Positions 1 to 8,927 of a stretch of DNA of 64,000 nt are shown in pieces; positions within the stretch are counted from its first letter, which is position 1, and each line of letters opens with the position of its first letter. The position numbers and the translations under genes are program-made. Under the pieces are notes generated by a model, which ran no database searches, was not told where the DNA came from, and was given only the letters and a program-made list of their open reading frames with translations. The DNA comes from a virus. The DNA is taken from the IMG/VR virus record IMGVR_UViG_3300020469_004256, positions 5,590-69,589 of that record. One strand, given 5' to 3'.

Positions 1-67
1 TTAATGCTGATTGTAGTTTGTTAATATCAAAACAAATATCAGGATCTTTATAAAAGTTTGTATGCAT
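1..67 (-). CDS. 5' part of a gene running off the window edge (MHTNFYKDPDICFDINKLQSAL...), possibly another Asp/Asn beta-hydroxylase-like protein
   Basis: Manual translation. ATG lies just after the upstream stop. The N-terminus resembles the PGIKFDIEKL start of 23658..24395. Confidence 0.4.
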   Translation of the reverse strand, partial: MHTNFYKDPDICFDINKLQSAL

Positions 68-68
68 A

Positions 69-218
69 TTAAATATTTATTACCATAAGTAATACTCCTA
101 TTAATCCTGTCATTGCTAGTATTACAGCAATCTTAATCCAAAAAATATGATGTGGAATTTTTTCCCATTTTTCTATTTGGTCTTTGGTTGAATGTATCTG
201 CATCCAAGGACCCCACAT
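69..218 (-). CDS. small membrane protein (likely start MWGPW)
   Basis: ORF track 69..260. The ATG at 218 avoids overlap with the upstream gene. C-terminal hydrophobic helix. Confidence 0.55.
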   Translation of the reverse strand: MWGPWMQIHSTKDQIEKWEKIPHHIFWIKIAVILAMTGLIGVLLMVINI

Positions 219-219
219 A

Positions 220-492
220 CTACTCTTCTTTATGAGCACTGCCACGTTTGATTGTATCAAGTATCATCTCAATATCATCAAATGCATCTCGCTCTTCTGA
301 TAGACTGTTTTTGTATGCAATCTTAATTGCTTTGTTTAGTACAGTAGGTTTAATATCAAGTTCTTCTGCAATATGTTTTACTGTATCTCTTAGGCCTGCT
401 CTTAAATCATCTGACTCTTGCAATACTTGTGTGCCTTCATCAAACAATCTAATAAGTTTTGCTTTTTCTTCTTGATTAATTGTTAATGCCAT
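220..492 (-). CDS. T4 DsbA/GapR-like small dsDNA-binding protein
   Basis: 90-aa helical protein; the LRDTVKHIAEELDIKPTVLNKAIKIAYK pattern is typical of this family. Confidence 0.65.
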   Translation of the reverse strand: MALTINQEEKAKLIRLFDEGTQVLQESDDLRAGLRDTVKHIAEELDIKPTVLNKAIKIAYKNSLSEERDAFDDIEMILDTIKRGSAHKEE

Positions 493-493
493 T

Positions 494-937
494 TTAGTTT
501 CCTATTAGTTTTTTTATTGTATCAATTGAATACTCTCTTGCACCTTCATCGTCACCATCACATTCAAGTGTGTCAACTATTCTAGTTGCTCCAAGCTCTT
601 CCATACGTTTGTCAATTTTCTTAGGACCTCCACAAAAATAAGTGTGCGAACTGTCTCCTAACCCACAAATACCATAATTAATGTTGCTGAGATCTATGTC
701 AGTTTCTGATAGTTTATCAAAAAATTCTTCGCCATTAGAAGGAATATCGCCTTGCCCTGTAGTACTGGATACAAATAATACATTTTTCATCGTTTTAAAT
801 GTATCAATATCAACATCGTTCATTTCGCTTATCTCAATATCAGCACCTAATTCTTTTGATGTACTTTCAAATACATCGTTGGCTACATCTTCTGCTGTGC
901 CAAACATTGATGCCCATAATATGTTTACTTGTGTCAT
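494..937 (-). CDS. flavodoxin (short-chain, MioC-like)
   Basis: FMN loop SMFGTAE, STTGQGDIP, GLGDSSHTYFCG; acidic, 147 aa. Confidence 0.93.
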   Translation of the reverse strand: MTQVNILWASMFGTAEDVANDVFESTSKELGADIEISEMNDVDIDTFKTMKNVLFVSSTTGQGDIPSNGEEFFDKLSETDIDLSNINYGICGLGDSSHTYFCGGPKKIDKRMEELGATRIVDTLECDGDDEGAREYSIDTIKKLIGN

Positions 938-942
938 TTATT

Positions 943-1146
943 TTATCTTCCTAACTTTTTACTCCTACCCATTGGTAGTTCTTGTTGTTTTTCATAAACA
1001 CCACCTTTTTTTGCTTCCCATTCAACACGTACCATTTTGCTTTTAGTATTGCCTTGGAAAGACTTCACTGCTCTTCTATATCCTAGTGCGTCTATGGTTT
1101 TTGTTTCTTCTCCATCGTAGAACGTGTAAGTTCTCATTTTTGCCAT
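943..1146 (-). CDS. conserved small basic hypothetical protein
   Basis: Strong RBS AAGGAGG and an upstream TAAATA element. Resembles small proteins I recall from marine alphaproteobacteria (unverified). Confidence 0.75.
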   Translation of the reverse strand: MAKMRTYTFYDGEETKTIDALGYRRAVKSFQGNTKSKMVRVEWEAKKGGVYEKQQELPMGRSKKLGR

Positions 1147-1168
1147 AACCCTCCTTGGTTATATATTA

Positions 1169-1339
1169 TTAGTATTTAACTTTCTGCTCTAAGTGTCTTA
1201 TTTCCCAACCTGTGCCTTTGTCTTTTTTCTGCAGGTCAACCCAAACACTATGAGCATCTAATTTTTGATATACTGAATTGATTGTGTTTAAATTTTGTTT
1301 TAACTGTTTAACCAATTCAACTACTTTTGGATCTTTCAT
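1169..1339 (-). CDS. 56-aa hypothetical protein absent from the ORF track (MKDPKVVELVKQ...EQKVKY)
   Basis: Manual translation. Fills the gap; purine-rich leader AAGGATAGG. Confidence 0.65.
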   Translation of the reverse strand: MKDPKVVELVKQLKQNLNTINSVYQKLDAHSVWVDLQKKDKGTGWEIRHLEQKVKY

Positions 1340-1410
1340 AATCGCCTATCCTTTACATTCAATAAATACTATAATAAAGTATAGTGACGCATTAGTCAAG
1401 AGGAAAATTC

Positions 1411-2673
1411 ATGGAGTTAGATATCAAAACATTCTGTCATTTACCGTTTACATCTGTTTGGATAGGTGGAACTGGCCTAATGAATCCTTGTTGTAAAGCC
1501 GATCTTCATCAACAAAAAGAATATCAAATTCCACATCACAACATAGATGATTATCTGAATTCAAAAGAATTAGCACAACTAAAAAATGATTTAGTAAAAG
1601 GTGTAAAAAATCCTGCCTGTAATGCTTGTTGGAACGAAGAAGCACAAAAACGGATATCAAAAAGACTTGAACAACAACTTTTTCAGGATTGGCAAAACAA
1701 AAAGTTTATTCCAATGAAACACAATACCAACACCTTGTCCTTGCAACTTACTAATTTATGTAACCTTGGCTGTAGAATGTGTCACTCGTTTTCTAGTTCA
1801 GTTATTGAAAAAGAAGATATAGAAAATAGTAATTTGTATTTCAGCAAAAAGTATGGTAGCTCAGAAAAGCCATATTGGCATCATAAAGAGGAGTATTTTG
1901 ATGATTTAAAAAAACAAAAAGATTGGTGGGCAAACAAGAACTTTTTAAAACAAATTTACGATATATTGCCTAACATTACATATATAGATGTGTCAGGTGG
2001 AGAACCATCTATTAATAAAACTTTTATAGATATACTAGATTATTGTATTGATAATGATTTTGCCAAAAACATAGATTTAACTGTTACCACAAACGGACAG
2101 CAGATAAATCCAAAATTGATAGAAAGATTAAATAAATTCAAAAAAACACAATTGATTGTTTCTATCGACGGTTACAAAGATACATATGAGTATATCAGAT
2201 ATAAAGGCTCTTGGGACAAACTTGTAAAAAATATTAAAATTTTTCAAAAATATTCAAAAGAAAATCTTTCTTTAATGTGTCACATGACTGCTCAAGTGTT
2301 AAACATTTTAAACTTACCGACACTGATAATTTGGCTTGAAAAAAACAATGTTGATTGGAATACCATTGATATTGTTTTTAGGCCAGACTATCACAACATA
2401 CGATTATTAACCCAAGATGTTAAATCTGTTGCACTTAAAAAATTTGAAGAATTAAGACAACAACACACATTTAGTTTTAAAAAAAAATTACTAATAAGTA
2501 ATATTATAAAAGCATTGAAAGTTAACGACCAAAAATATGCAGATGAGTGGTGGCCATATTTTGTAAGAGATACTAAATTAAAAGATGAAATAAGAAAACA
2601 AAGTCTTGAAAAATCTGTTCCAGAACTGTATAATATAATAAAAGAAAGATACACTTTTAAAAATGAAACTTAA
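1411..2673 (+). CDS. radical SAM protein with N-terminal Twitch/SPASM-like Cys domain
   Basis: CNLGCRMC, SGGEP, TTNG, SIDG; N-terminal CHLPF..PCC..CNAC. Confidence 0.92.
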   Translation: MELDIKTFCHLPFTSVWIGGTGLMNPCCKADLHQQKEYQIPHHNIDDYLNSKELAQLKNDLVKGVKNPACNACWNEEAQKRISKRLEQQLFQDWQNKKFIPMKHNTNTLSLQLTNLCNLGCRMCHSFSSSVIEKEDIENSNLYFSKKYGSSEKPYWHHKEEYFDDLKKQKDWWANKNFLKQIYDILPNITYIDVSGGEPSINKTFIDILDYCIDNDFAKNIDLTVTTNGQQINPKLIERLNKFKKTQLIVSIDGYKDTYEYIRYKGSWDKLVKNIKIFQKYSKENLSLMCHMTAQVLNILNLPTLIIWLEKNNVDWNTIDIVFRPDYHNIRLLTQDVKSVALKKFEELRQQHTFSFKKKLLISNIIKALKVNDQKYADEWWPYFVRDTKLKDEIRKQSLEKSVPELYNIIKERYTFKNET

Positions 2674-3778
2674 AAACATAGTATTCTACGAACTGGAACT
2701 AACATCAAAGTGTAATGCTAGATGTCCTGGTTGTTCTAGAACTATCCATGGTGATACACACCCAGGACTAGATATGCTTGATATTTCTATTGACTACATT
2801 AAGAAGATTTTTCCACCGGAAGCAATCAAAGGAAAAGAATTTGGATTTAGTGGTGTATATGGTGACCCTGGAATGAATAGAGATCTATACGACATCTGTA
2901 AATATTTTTTAGAAAATGATTGTGGTCCTATTGTTATTGATACCAACGGTGGTATGCAAACAGAAGCATTCTGGAATAGACTATCTAAATTAAGTTCAGA
3001 ACATACCATGCGACTGTGTGTAAAATTTAACATAGATGGCTACGAAAATACCAATCACTTGTACCGTGTTAATGTTAATTGGAAAAAATTAGTAAAAAAC
3101 ATAACTGCATATTCACGAGGTGGTGGACGAGGAGTATGGCAATACATTGAATTTGATCATAACGGCAATGATATTGATAGAGCAAAACAACATGCAAAAG
3201 ATATTGGATTTGATTTTCATGTAAGAAGATCAGCAAGAAATCAATCTAAAAAATCTTGGAAGTCTGTTGCTAAGAAAAAAGAAGATGGAAAAATTATAGA
3301 AAAACAAAATACAGTAACGTCTACTAAAAAACAAATATTGCATAAGCATTCACAGGCAAAATACAACATCACACAAAAAATAGATCATATAAAAGACACA
3401 AAGTTTACAGATATCAGTTGTAGACTGCTTCACGAAAAACGTGTGTATATTTCACATGATATGAGGTTATGGCCTTGTTGTTGGTTTGGAGATATGCACA
3501 AGGATAATATTAGAACTGATAATGTTCAAAAGGGCAGACAAAAACTATTTGATTTAGAAAACAAATATGGTAAAAATTGGAACGACTTATCTAAATATTC
3601 AATTGACGAAATATTGCAACACGAATACTATTCAAAAATTTTACAACAATCTTGGGATACTGAACACGAATTTTATATCAAAAGATGTGTAATTGAGTGT
3701 GGCGGACACGGATCTAGATCAAAAGTTGAAGTTGAAATAAAAGAACTTGCCAACATGTCAAAATCTGATTCTAATTAA
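2663..3778 (+). CDS. radical SAM protein with C-terminal Twitch-like Cys cluster
   Basis: CNARCPGC, GVYGDP, DTNGG, C..WPCC..CVIEC. Paralogue of 32829..33875. Confidence 0.9.
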   Translation: MKLKNIVFYELELTSKCNARCPGCSRTIHGDTHPGLDMLDISIDYIKKIFPPEAIKGKEFGFSGVYGDPGMNRDLYDICKYFLENDCGPIVIDTNGGMQTEAFWNRLSKLSSEHTMRLCVKFNIDGYENTNHLYRVNVNWKKLVKNITAYSRGGGRGVWQYIEFDHNGNDIDRAKQHAKDIGFDFHVRRSARNQSKKSWKSVAKKKEDGKIIEKQNTVTSTKKQILHKHSQAKYNITQKIDHIKDTKFTDISCRLLHEKRVYISHDMRLWPCCWFGDMHKDNIRTDNVQKGRQKLFDLENKYGKNWNDLSKYSIDEILQHEYYSKILQQSWDTEHEFYIKRCVIECGGHGSRSKVEVEIKELANMSKSDSN

Positions 3779-3786
3779 AAAAATAA

Positions 3787-3981
3787 TTATTTCTTTTGAA
3801 AATCTTTTGAGCTAACACCTAATTTAGCAAATGCATCTGCAAATGCTGTGTTTATTGGAGTCGACTGATTGTTGCTCACTGGCTTGTTATTCTTCTTTGC
3901 AGGTTTTTTCTTCTGCTTTGGCTTGGTTATTTTTTTAGTAGGTGTAATATCACCTATAATGTATGTTTGTTTTTTATTCAT
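3787..3981 (-). CDS. basic hypothetical protein
   Basis: ORF track; preceded by TATAAATA at 4003-4010. Confidence 0.6.
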   Translation of the reverse strand: MNKKQTYIIGDITPTKKITKPKQKKKPAKKNNKPVSNNQSTPINTAFADAFAKLGVSSKDFQKK

Positions 3982-4026
3982 ATACTGCTCGGTTGTATGT
4001 TATATTTATATAGATATCTGTATTTA

Positions 4027-4269
4027 CTACCTATAATCGTCTTTATTGATCTTTCCTGCTTGTTCTTTTAAGTATAACCACCAATCTATAAACAATAATT
4101 GCATCACAGTACCCAAAGGTGTTAGCAAATATCCAAATAAAAATGGAAGGCCTATTAGGAAGAATACAATTGTTAATAGATATTTTAAAGGATTATCTGG
4201 TTGCCATTGACTCCACCTTGGAGGATCATATGGATCTTTATTTCTATAGTCTTCAAATTCATATTTCAT
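4027..4269 (-). CDS. small membrane protein
   Basis: ORF track; two hydrophobic segments. Confidence 0.7.
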   Translation of the reverse strand: MKYEFEDYRNKDPYDPPRWSQWQPDNPLKYLLTIVFFLIGLPFLFGYLLTPLGTVMQLLFIDWWLYLKEQAGKINKDDYR

Positions 4270-4389
4270 TTAAATTCCAGTATTAAATATTAATAAGGTT
4301 ATTGTAATAATACTTATAGTAACTACATAAATCCAAGCATCAGATAGAAGATCTTTGACTGCTTCTTTAATGAAATTACTTATCTTCAT
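4270..4389 (-). CDS. 39-aa single-TM peptide absent from the track (MKISNFIKEAVKDLLSDAWIYVVTISIITITLLIFNTGI)
   Basis: Manual translation; fills the gap between coupled neighbours. Confidence 0.5.
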   Translation of the reverse strand: MKISNFIKEAVKDLLSDAWIYVVTISIITITLLIFNTGI

Positions 4390-4663
4390 ACTTGTGAAGA
4401 TCTTCAAGAACACCTAAAGCCATAGCAGATGTCATTCTCAGTGTTTGAGATGTTTTGCCAATCCTTTTTAGATGTGCTTTGGCAGTATCGTTGTATTTGA
4501 TACCGTAATGATTTTTGACATATTTGGCAAACTCAAGTATTTCTCCTTCAAGTTCTTCCAACCACCAAACTTTCATATCAAGTTTTGATGCAACAGAATG
4601 TTTAACGTATGCTGGATCTAATTTAATTTGATTGTCTTCTTTGGTTATACGTTTCCTCGCCAT
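4376..4663 (-). CDS. hypothetical protein
   Basis: ORF track; overlaps its neighbours as in an operon. Confidence 0.7.
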   Translation of the reverse strand: MARKRITKEDNQIKLDPAYVKHSVASKLDMKVWWLEELEGEILEFAKYVKNHYGIKYNDTAKAHLKRIGKTSQTLRMTSAMALGVLEDLHKYEDK

Positions 4664-4944
4664 TTGCCATACCTTTCTCTTTTAACTTTTTTTTTAACAT
4701 TTTTCTTTTTAGTTATAATGCCAGATATCCAATACCTGTCTAATAGATAGTACCAAACCGAATTAACCAAAGGTTCGACTATTGCATCAGTGATTGCTAC
4801 CCAAAGCTCTATACCTGGATCTAATAATTTTAATATTGCGGCCGCAATCACAAAGTGGCCAACAGTAAATACTATTGTTCGGGCCAATGACCCATTTAGT
4901 CGTGTTTGAAATAGTTGTTTTATTTTTGTTTTCATTTTTATCAT
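4645..4944 (-). CDS. DUF2061-like membrane protein
   Basis: SLARTIVFTVGH...DAIVEPLVNSVWYYLLDRYW pattern. Confidence 0.7.
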   Translation of the reverse strand: MIKMKTKIKQLFQTRLNGSLARTIVFTVGHFVIAAAILKLLDPGIELWVAITDAIVEPLVNSVWYYLLDRYWISGIITKKKNVKKKVKRERYGKWRGNV

Positions 4945-4949
4945 TTATT

Positions 4950-5084
4950 TTATTTGTTTCTTTCCATTAACCATATAATTATAGGTAATGAAAATGCCAT
5001 TATTATGTAAATTTCTAAGGTTGTTAATTCAATTCCACATCTTAGAATACATTCTCCCCACCAATTGTTTATGGCTTCGATCAT
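4950..5084 (-). CDS. 44-aa membrane peptide absent from the track (MIEAINNWWGECILRCGIEL...MERNK)
   Basis: Manual translation; fills the gap. Confidence 0.5.
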   Translation of the reverse strand: MIEAINNWWGECILRCGIELTTLEIYIIMAFSLPIIIWLMERNK

Positions 5085-5086
5085 GC

Positions 5087-5365
5087 TTATCCAACCGGCT
5101 CAAGTTTACCGTTTTTATCTGTAAACCAAGTATAGCCTGCAACTTTAGCCTGCTTGTCAAATCCTTTAAGATTATAAGCAAACAATAAGTCTGGTTGATG
5201 TGTGTTTCTAATCAACCCGTACTTAGATTGCCTATTTCCTTCAAGGATATATGTGGCTTGTTTTGTGTTTGGGTCTTCAACAAGTTCAACTTTAAACTTG
5301 TGCTTACCAATAGTGATTTCTGTATTTTTTGGCAGATCACTGTGTGTTTTTACTTCGTTATTCAT
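5087..5365 (-). CDS. hypothetical early protein
   Basis: ORF track; GAGG RBS; directly downstream of the conserved early promoter. Confidence 0.75.
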   Translation of the reverse strand: MNNEVKTHSDLPKNTEITIGKHKFKVELVEDPNTKQATYILEGNRQSKYGLIRNTHQPDLLFAYNLKGFDKQAKVAGYTWFTDKNGKLEPVG

Positions 5366-5400
5366 TATTTTGCCTCATTGTTATTTAACATAGTTTTCTA

Positions 5401-5432
5401 TATTATAGCATCATATAGGTATCTGTCAACCA
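5401..5432 (-). promoter_or_regulatory. early sigma70-type promoter, copy 1 (TTGACA-16-TATAAT with TGn extension)
   Basis: TGG TTGACA GATACCTATATGATGC TATAAT; near-identical to the copies at 30868 and 35943. Confidence 0.8.
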
Positions 5433-5474
5433 TAAAGATGCCTAAAAAATTTATTATTTTGTTGACTGTTTGCA

Positions 5475-5482
5475 TATAAATA
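5475..5482 (+). promoter_or_regulatory. T4-type late promoter TATAAATA
   Basis: Exact T4 gp55 consensus 18 nt before ORF 5501. The same NATAAATA core recurs before many transcription units. Confidence 0.7.
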
Positions 5483-5500
5483 TAGTAGTATATTGTAATA

Positions 5501-6133
5501 ATGAAGGAAAAAACAATGAGAAACCCATTTTTTTACGTGCCAGATATAGAATACGATCAGAATGAATTAAAGCAAATATTAGAAACAAAATGTAAATGGA
5601 TGGAAATGGACGGCACTGCTGACGCTCCGTTACTATCTAAAGAGGATGTTCCTGATAGTATTAGAAAGTTTTTCAACTACACAGATCCATTTGCCACATG
5701 TGGTTATGTTAAAGTAGATGTAAAGTACGATTTAGTGCCGCACGAAGATGAACAGATTTTAGCCCCTGTGTTTGAGAGCAAACACCAACTTGCTGGTTTA
5801 CCACAGTATTACGTTGATTGGTTACGCATTATTGGGTCAAGAGATTGGGGACTATCGTTTCCAGTTTCTGGAGACTTTACCAATGTTGTTACTAAAATGT
5901 ATCACAAACATAATGAAGAATACATTGATGAATTTTCTTTAAACACTGCTCCTACATTTTTTCGTACTAGAGGTGAATATTTACATGGTGTTGTTAATAC
6001 ATCAAGTGAACCAAGAATATTATTTCAATTGAGTTTTAAAGGTCATGATATGTATGAAGCATTTGTAAATAACACATATCCATCATGTGCTAGTAAAGAA
6101 GAAGTTTTAAATAGAAATAAAATTAATCAGTAA
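5501..6133 (+). CDS. Fe(II)/2OG-type double-stranded beta-helix oxygenase-like protein
   Basis: VPHED ... LHGVVN ... RILFQLSF (HxD...H...R). Confidence 0.65.
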   Translation: MKEKTMRNPFFYVPDIEYDQNELKQILETKCKWMEMDGTADAPLLSKEDVPDSIRKFFNYTDPFATCGYVKVDVKYDLVPHEDEQILAPVFESKHQLAGLPQYYVDWLRIIGSRDWGLSFPVSGDFTNVVTKMYHKHNEEYIDEFSLNTAPTFFRTRGEYLHGVVNTSSEPRILFQLSFKGHDMYEAFVNNTYPSCASKEEVLNRNKINQ

Positions 6134-6134
6134 T

Positions 6135-6800
6135 TTACACTAAATTTTCTTTTTGAAGAACGTACTGTTTGTATTTGGCTATACTTCTTTTGATTAGATT
6201 GCGATGTTCTGATTCAATTACTTTGCCTAATACAAATCCAACAATTCGATCATCATCAACAACATCTTTTACATCAACACCATGTGGCTGTGTACAGTTG
6301 TTAATTAAAAATGCATCTGTTTCTTGAGGTATAGTACAAAACCATTTTTGTTGAGTACTCATATCTTTTGTGTAATCATATTCTTTGCACATATACAATG
6401 TATCTCTCGAACCACTCACAACAAATCTATATCCAATTGGCTCATTAGCCAGTTGATGATCTAACATGTCTTGAGTTATTGTCATATGATGTCCAGGATA
6501 GGGTGACTCAACATAATTGCCATCCACATGTGGCTTTACATTACCTGTTGACCTTGCTAGTCTTACATAAAACTTATATTCAAATGGCAGGTGTTTATCA
6601 ATCCATTGTAATAGCTCAGGATATTTTTGTTTTGCCATATCATTCCAAGATTTCATTTCTCCAAAAGGTTTTGAAAAATCTTTCTTACCCATTAATGTTT
6701 CTTCATCCCAACACACAAATTTTTCTTTCCCATCAAAGTTATCTAGTATTGATTGCTTGTTTGGTATTGGTGGTATATCTAATGGTGTAAATATTGTCAT
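6135..6800 (-). CDS. Fe(II)/2OG-type oxygenase-like protein
   Basis: KPHVD ... PHGVD ... DRIVGF. Confidence 0.6.
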   Translation of the reverse strand: MTIFTPLDIPPIPNKQSILDNFDGKEKFVCWDEETLMGKKDFSKPFGEMKSWNDMAKQKYPELLQWIDKHLPFEYKFYVRLARSTGNVKPHVDGNYVESPYPGHHMTITQDMLDHQLANEPIGYRFVVSGSRDTLYMCKEYDYTKDMSTQQKWFCTIPQETDAFLINNCTQPHGVDVKDVVDDDRIVGFVLGKVIESEHRNLIKRSIAKYKQYVLQKENLV

Positions 6801-7555
6801 CTTTGTACAAATGCCTTTTCAACTACAAAATGTGCTGGTGTAGAAGTATTACCTTCTTCCATACCAAGTGATTCAAAATATTCAATTAAGTCTTTGTTCA
6901 ATCCTTGTGATCCACATATCATAAATCTATCATCCTGCGGATCTAGTGATTGGTTAATTGTTGTATGAAATAAATTATTATTTTTAATCCATTCCGTAAT
7001 TCTACCTGTGTGTTTCCAATCTTGTTGTGTTAGTGTGTTAAAGTACCTAAAGTTTCCTAGTGTTACTTCTTGCCAATCATTGTTGAAAGTTTCTAACATG
7101 TCTTTATATGCTAGTTCGTTTTCGTATTGTACTGTGTGTGTTAACACAACCTTATCAAAACGTTCATATGTTAATGGATCTTTGATAATACCCATATACG
7201 GTGCTAATCCTGTGCCAGTTGCAATTAAATACAAATTACGTCCAGGCAACAAATAGTCAATCACTAGTGTTCCGGTCGACTTGCTGTTTATTAGAACTTC
7301 GTCACCTTCTTTGATATGCTGTAGTTTAGAAGTCAAAGGTCCGTCTTCTATCTTTATAGATAAGAATTCTAAAAAGTCTTCGTGGTTAGCAGAAGCAACA
7401 GAATATGCTCTCATTAGTTTTTTGCCTTCATGCTGTAGGCCCATCATAACAAACTCACCGTTGTTAAATTTTAGTGGAAAGTTTCTTGTAGTGCGAAACG
7501 AAAACGTTTTATCGCTCCAGTGTTTCACCTGCAAGACTGTTTCTTTATTGATCAT
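6797..7555 (-). CDS. fpr: ferredoxin(flavodoxin)-NADP+ reductase, subclass I
   Basis: RAYS, GPLTSKL, TGTGLAP, MICGS and C-terminal VEKAFV. Confidence 0.95.
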   Translation of the reverse strand: MINKETVLQVKHWSDKTFSFRTTRNFPLKFNNGEFVMMGLQHEGKKLMRAYSVASANHEDFLEFLSIKIEDGPLTSKLQHIKEGDEVLINSKSTGTLVIDYLLPGRNLYLIATGTGLAPYMGIIKDPLTYERFDKVVLTHTVQYENELAYKDMLETFNNDWQEVTLGNFRYFNTLTQQDWKHTGRITEWIKNNNLFHTTINQSLDPQDDRFMICGSQGLNKDLIEYFESLGMEEGNTSTPAHFVVEKAFVQR

Positions 7556-8927
7556 TAAAATACTCCTTTAGTAGTTCCCATTCTTCAGGACAACTGTCCT
7601 TAAATTTTTGCTTTCTAATCTTATCCAAAGCATTAGTATAACGTACAAAATCTTTGATTGCAACCAAATCATCTTCTTTTTTATTTCTGTATGACAAATA
7701 TTTAATTTTATTTGTCCAATCTTTTTTAAAACCTTTTGGTAGTTGATTAATTATATCACTACTCTTATATATGTTAATTAATTTATCTTTGACTGCATTT
7801 GGTAATAATTTAATATCAAGATATTTTGGCATGGAAACATATGATGGGTGTGTTCCACTTTCATTTAAATCTGTTTCGATAGCATATTTTGCCATAAACT
7901 CAAATTGTTTTATCATACTAATAACTGTGTATGTTTGAAATGTAATACTAAAGTCTAAAGTTATTGTATCTGAATGTTTCTTAATTAACTCTAACGCATT
8001 CTCTATTACTTTCCACCTAGCAGGATATCTTACGTACTCATAACTGCTTCCATATCCGTCTAAACTGATAGACAATGCAACATTTTTAAAATGTACAAAA
8101 TAATCTTCAATCATTTCTTTTGTGATTTTTGTAGCATTTGTTATGATATGTAATTGGATTTCTTTTGATAATTTCTTGTCAATTAATCTTTTTAAAACTT
8201 TAAACAAATTAGAAATAAGCAATGGCTCACCTCCTGTAAATTTTAAAAACACTGTGTTGTCAATTACTTTTTCAAATGATTCAATAAAATTATCTTTTTC
8301 AAAGTATCTAAAATTCAAATGTTTATCTTCTGCTACTTCTAATATTCTGTTGGCATCTCCACGACTAAACTCTTCAAGTTCTGGATTGCTGATAATTTCT
8401 TTTAATATTTGTGAACTGCTCATGTAATCACACATTCTACATTTTAAATTGCAAAGGTTACCAAACTTTATATCAAAATTTATTGGAGCAGGTGATGGCG
8501 TAATAAAATTATTTTTTATTGCTTTGTTGGCTTCATTATAAATGTATGTTCTTAGTTGCTTGTCATTACGTATAGAATCTACTTTTTGAGATCTAAAAGA
8601 CGGAATTCCTATGTCATCTTTTTCCTTACATTCAATACACTCTACAGGATAAGAATTACTGCCTAGCATCTTTCTTGATTTTTTTAAGTAATTAGAATTC
8701 CACCATTCTTCTATTGAGTTATTTGATTTAGAAACTTTAATTGAGTTAGGTGGAGGCGTGGCTATACAACAAAGTTTTTGATTACCAACAGTATCAATGG
8801 TTGAATGATAATAAAGCAATGGGCAAAAGGATTTAGACTGCTCAGATAATTTATCAAAGTCTTCTGCAGAAACTTTCTTTTGCCAATTAACTTTTAATTT
8901 TTTACTAGACTTTTCTGGTGTTTCCAT
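7545..8927 (-). CDS. radical SAM protein with N-terminal Twitch-like domain
   Basis: CNLKCRMC, TGGEP, ITNA, SLDG; N-terminal CPLL..LCC..CIEC. Confidence 0.92.
   Translation of the reverse strand: METPEKSSKKLKVNWQKKVSAEDFDKLSEQSKSFCPLLYYHSTIDTVGNQKLCCIATPPPNSIKVSKSNNSIEEWWNSNYLKKSRKMLGSNSYPVECIECKEKDDIGIPSFRSQKVDSIRNDKQLRTYIYNEANKAIKNNFITPSPAPINFDIKFGNLCNLKCRMCDYMSSSQILKEIISNPELEEFSRGDANRILEVAEDKHLNFRYFEKDNFIESFEKVIDNTVFLKFTGGEPLLISNLFKVLKRLIDKKLSKEIQLHIITNATKITKEMIEDYFVHFKNVALSISLDGYGSSYEYVRYPARWKVIENALELIKKHSDTITLDFSITFQTYTVISMIKQFEFMAKYAIETDLNESGTHPSYVSMPKYLDIKLLPNAVKDKLINIYKSSDIINQLPKGFKKDWTNKIKYLSYRNKKEDDLVAIKDFVRYTNALDKIRKQKFKDSCPEEWELLKEYFNDQ

Noticed and set aside
1169-5084. RiPP precursor peptide for the Twitch radical SAM enzymes among the small ORFs
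   Set aside because: No leader/core pattern, repeated core or RRE domain; most look like membrane peptides. Cannot be fully excluded.
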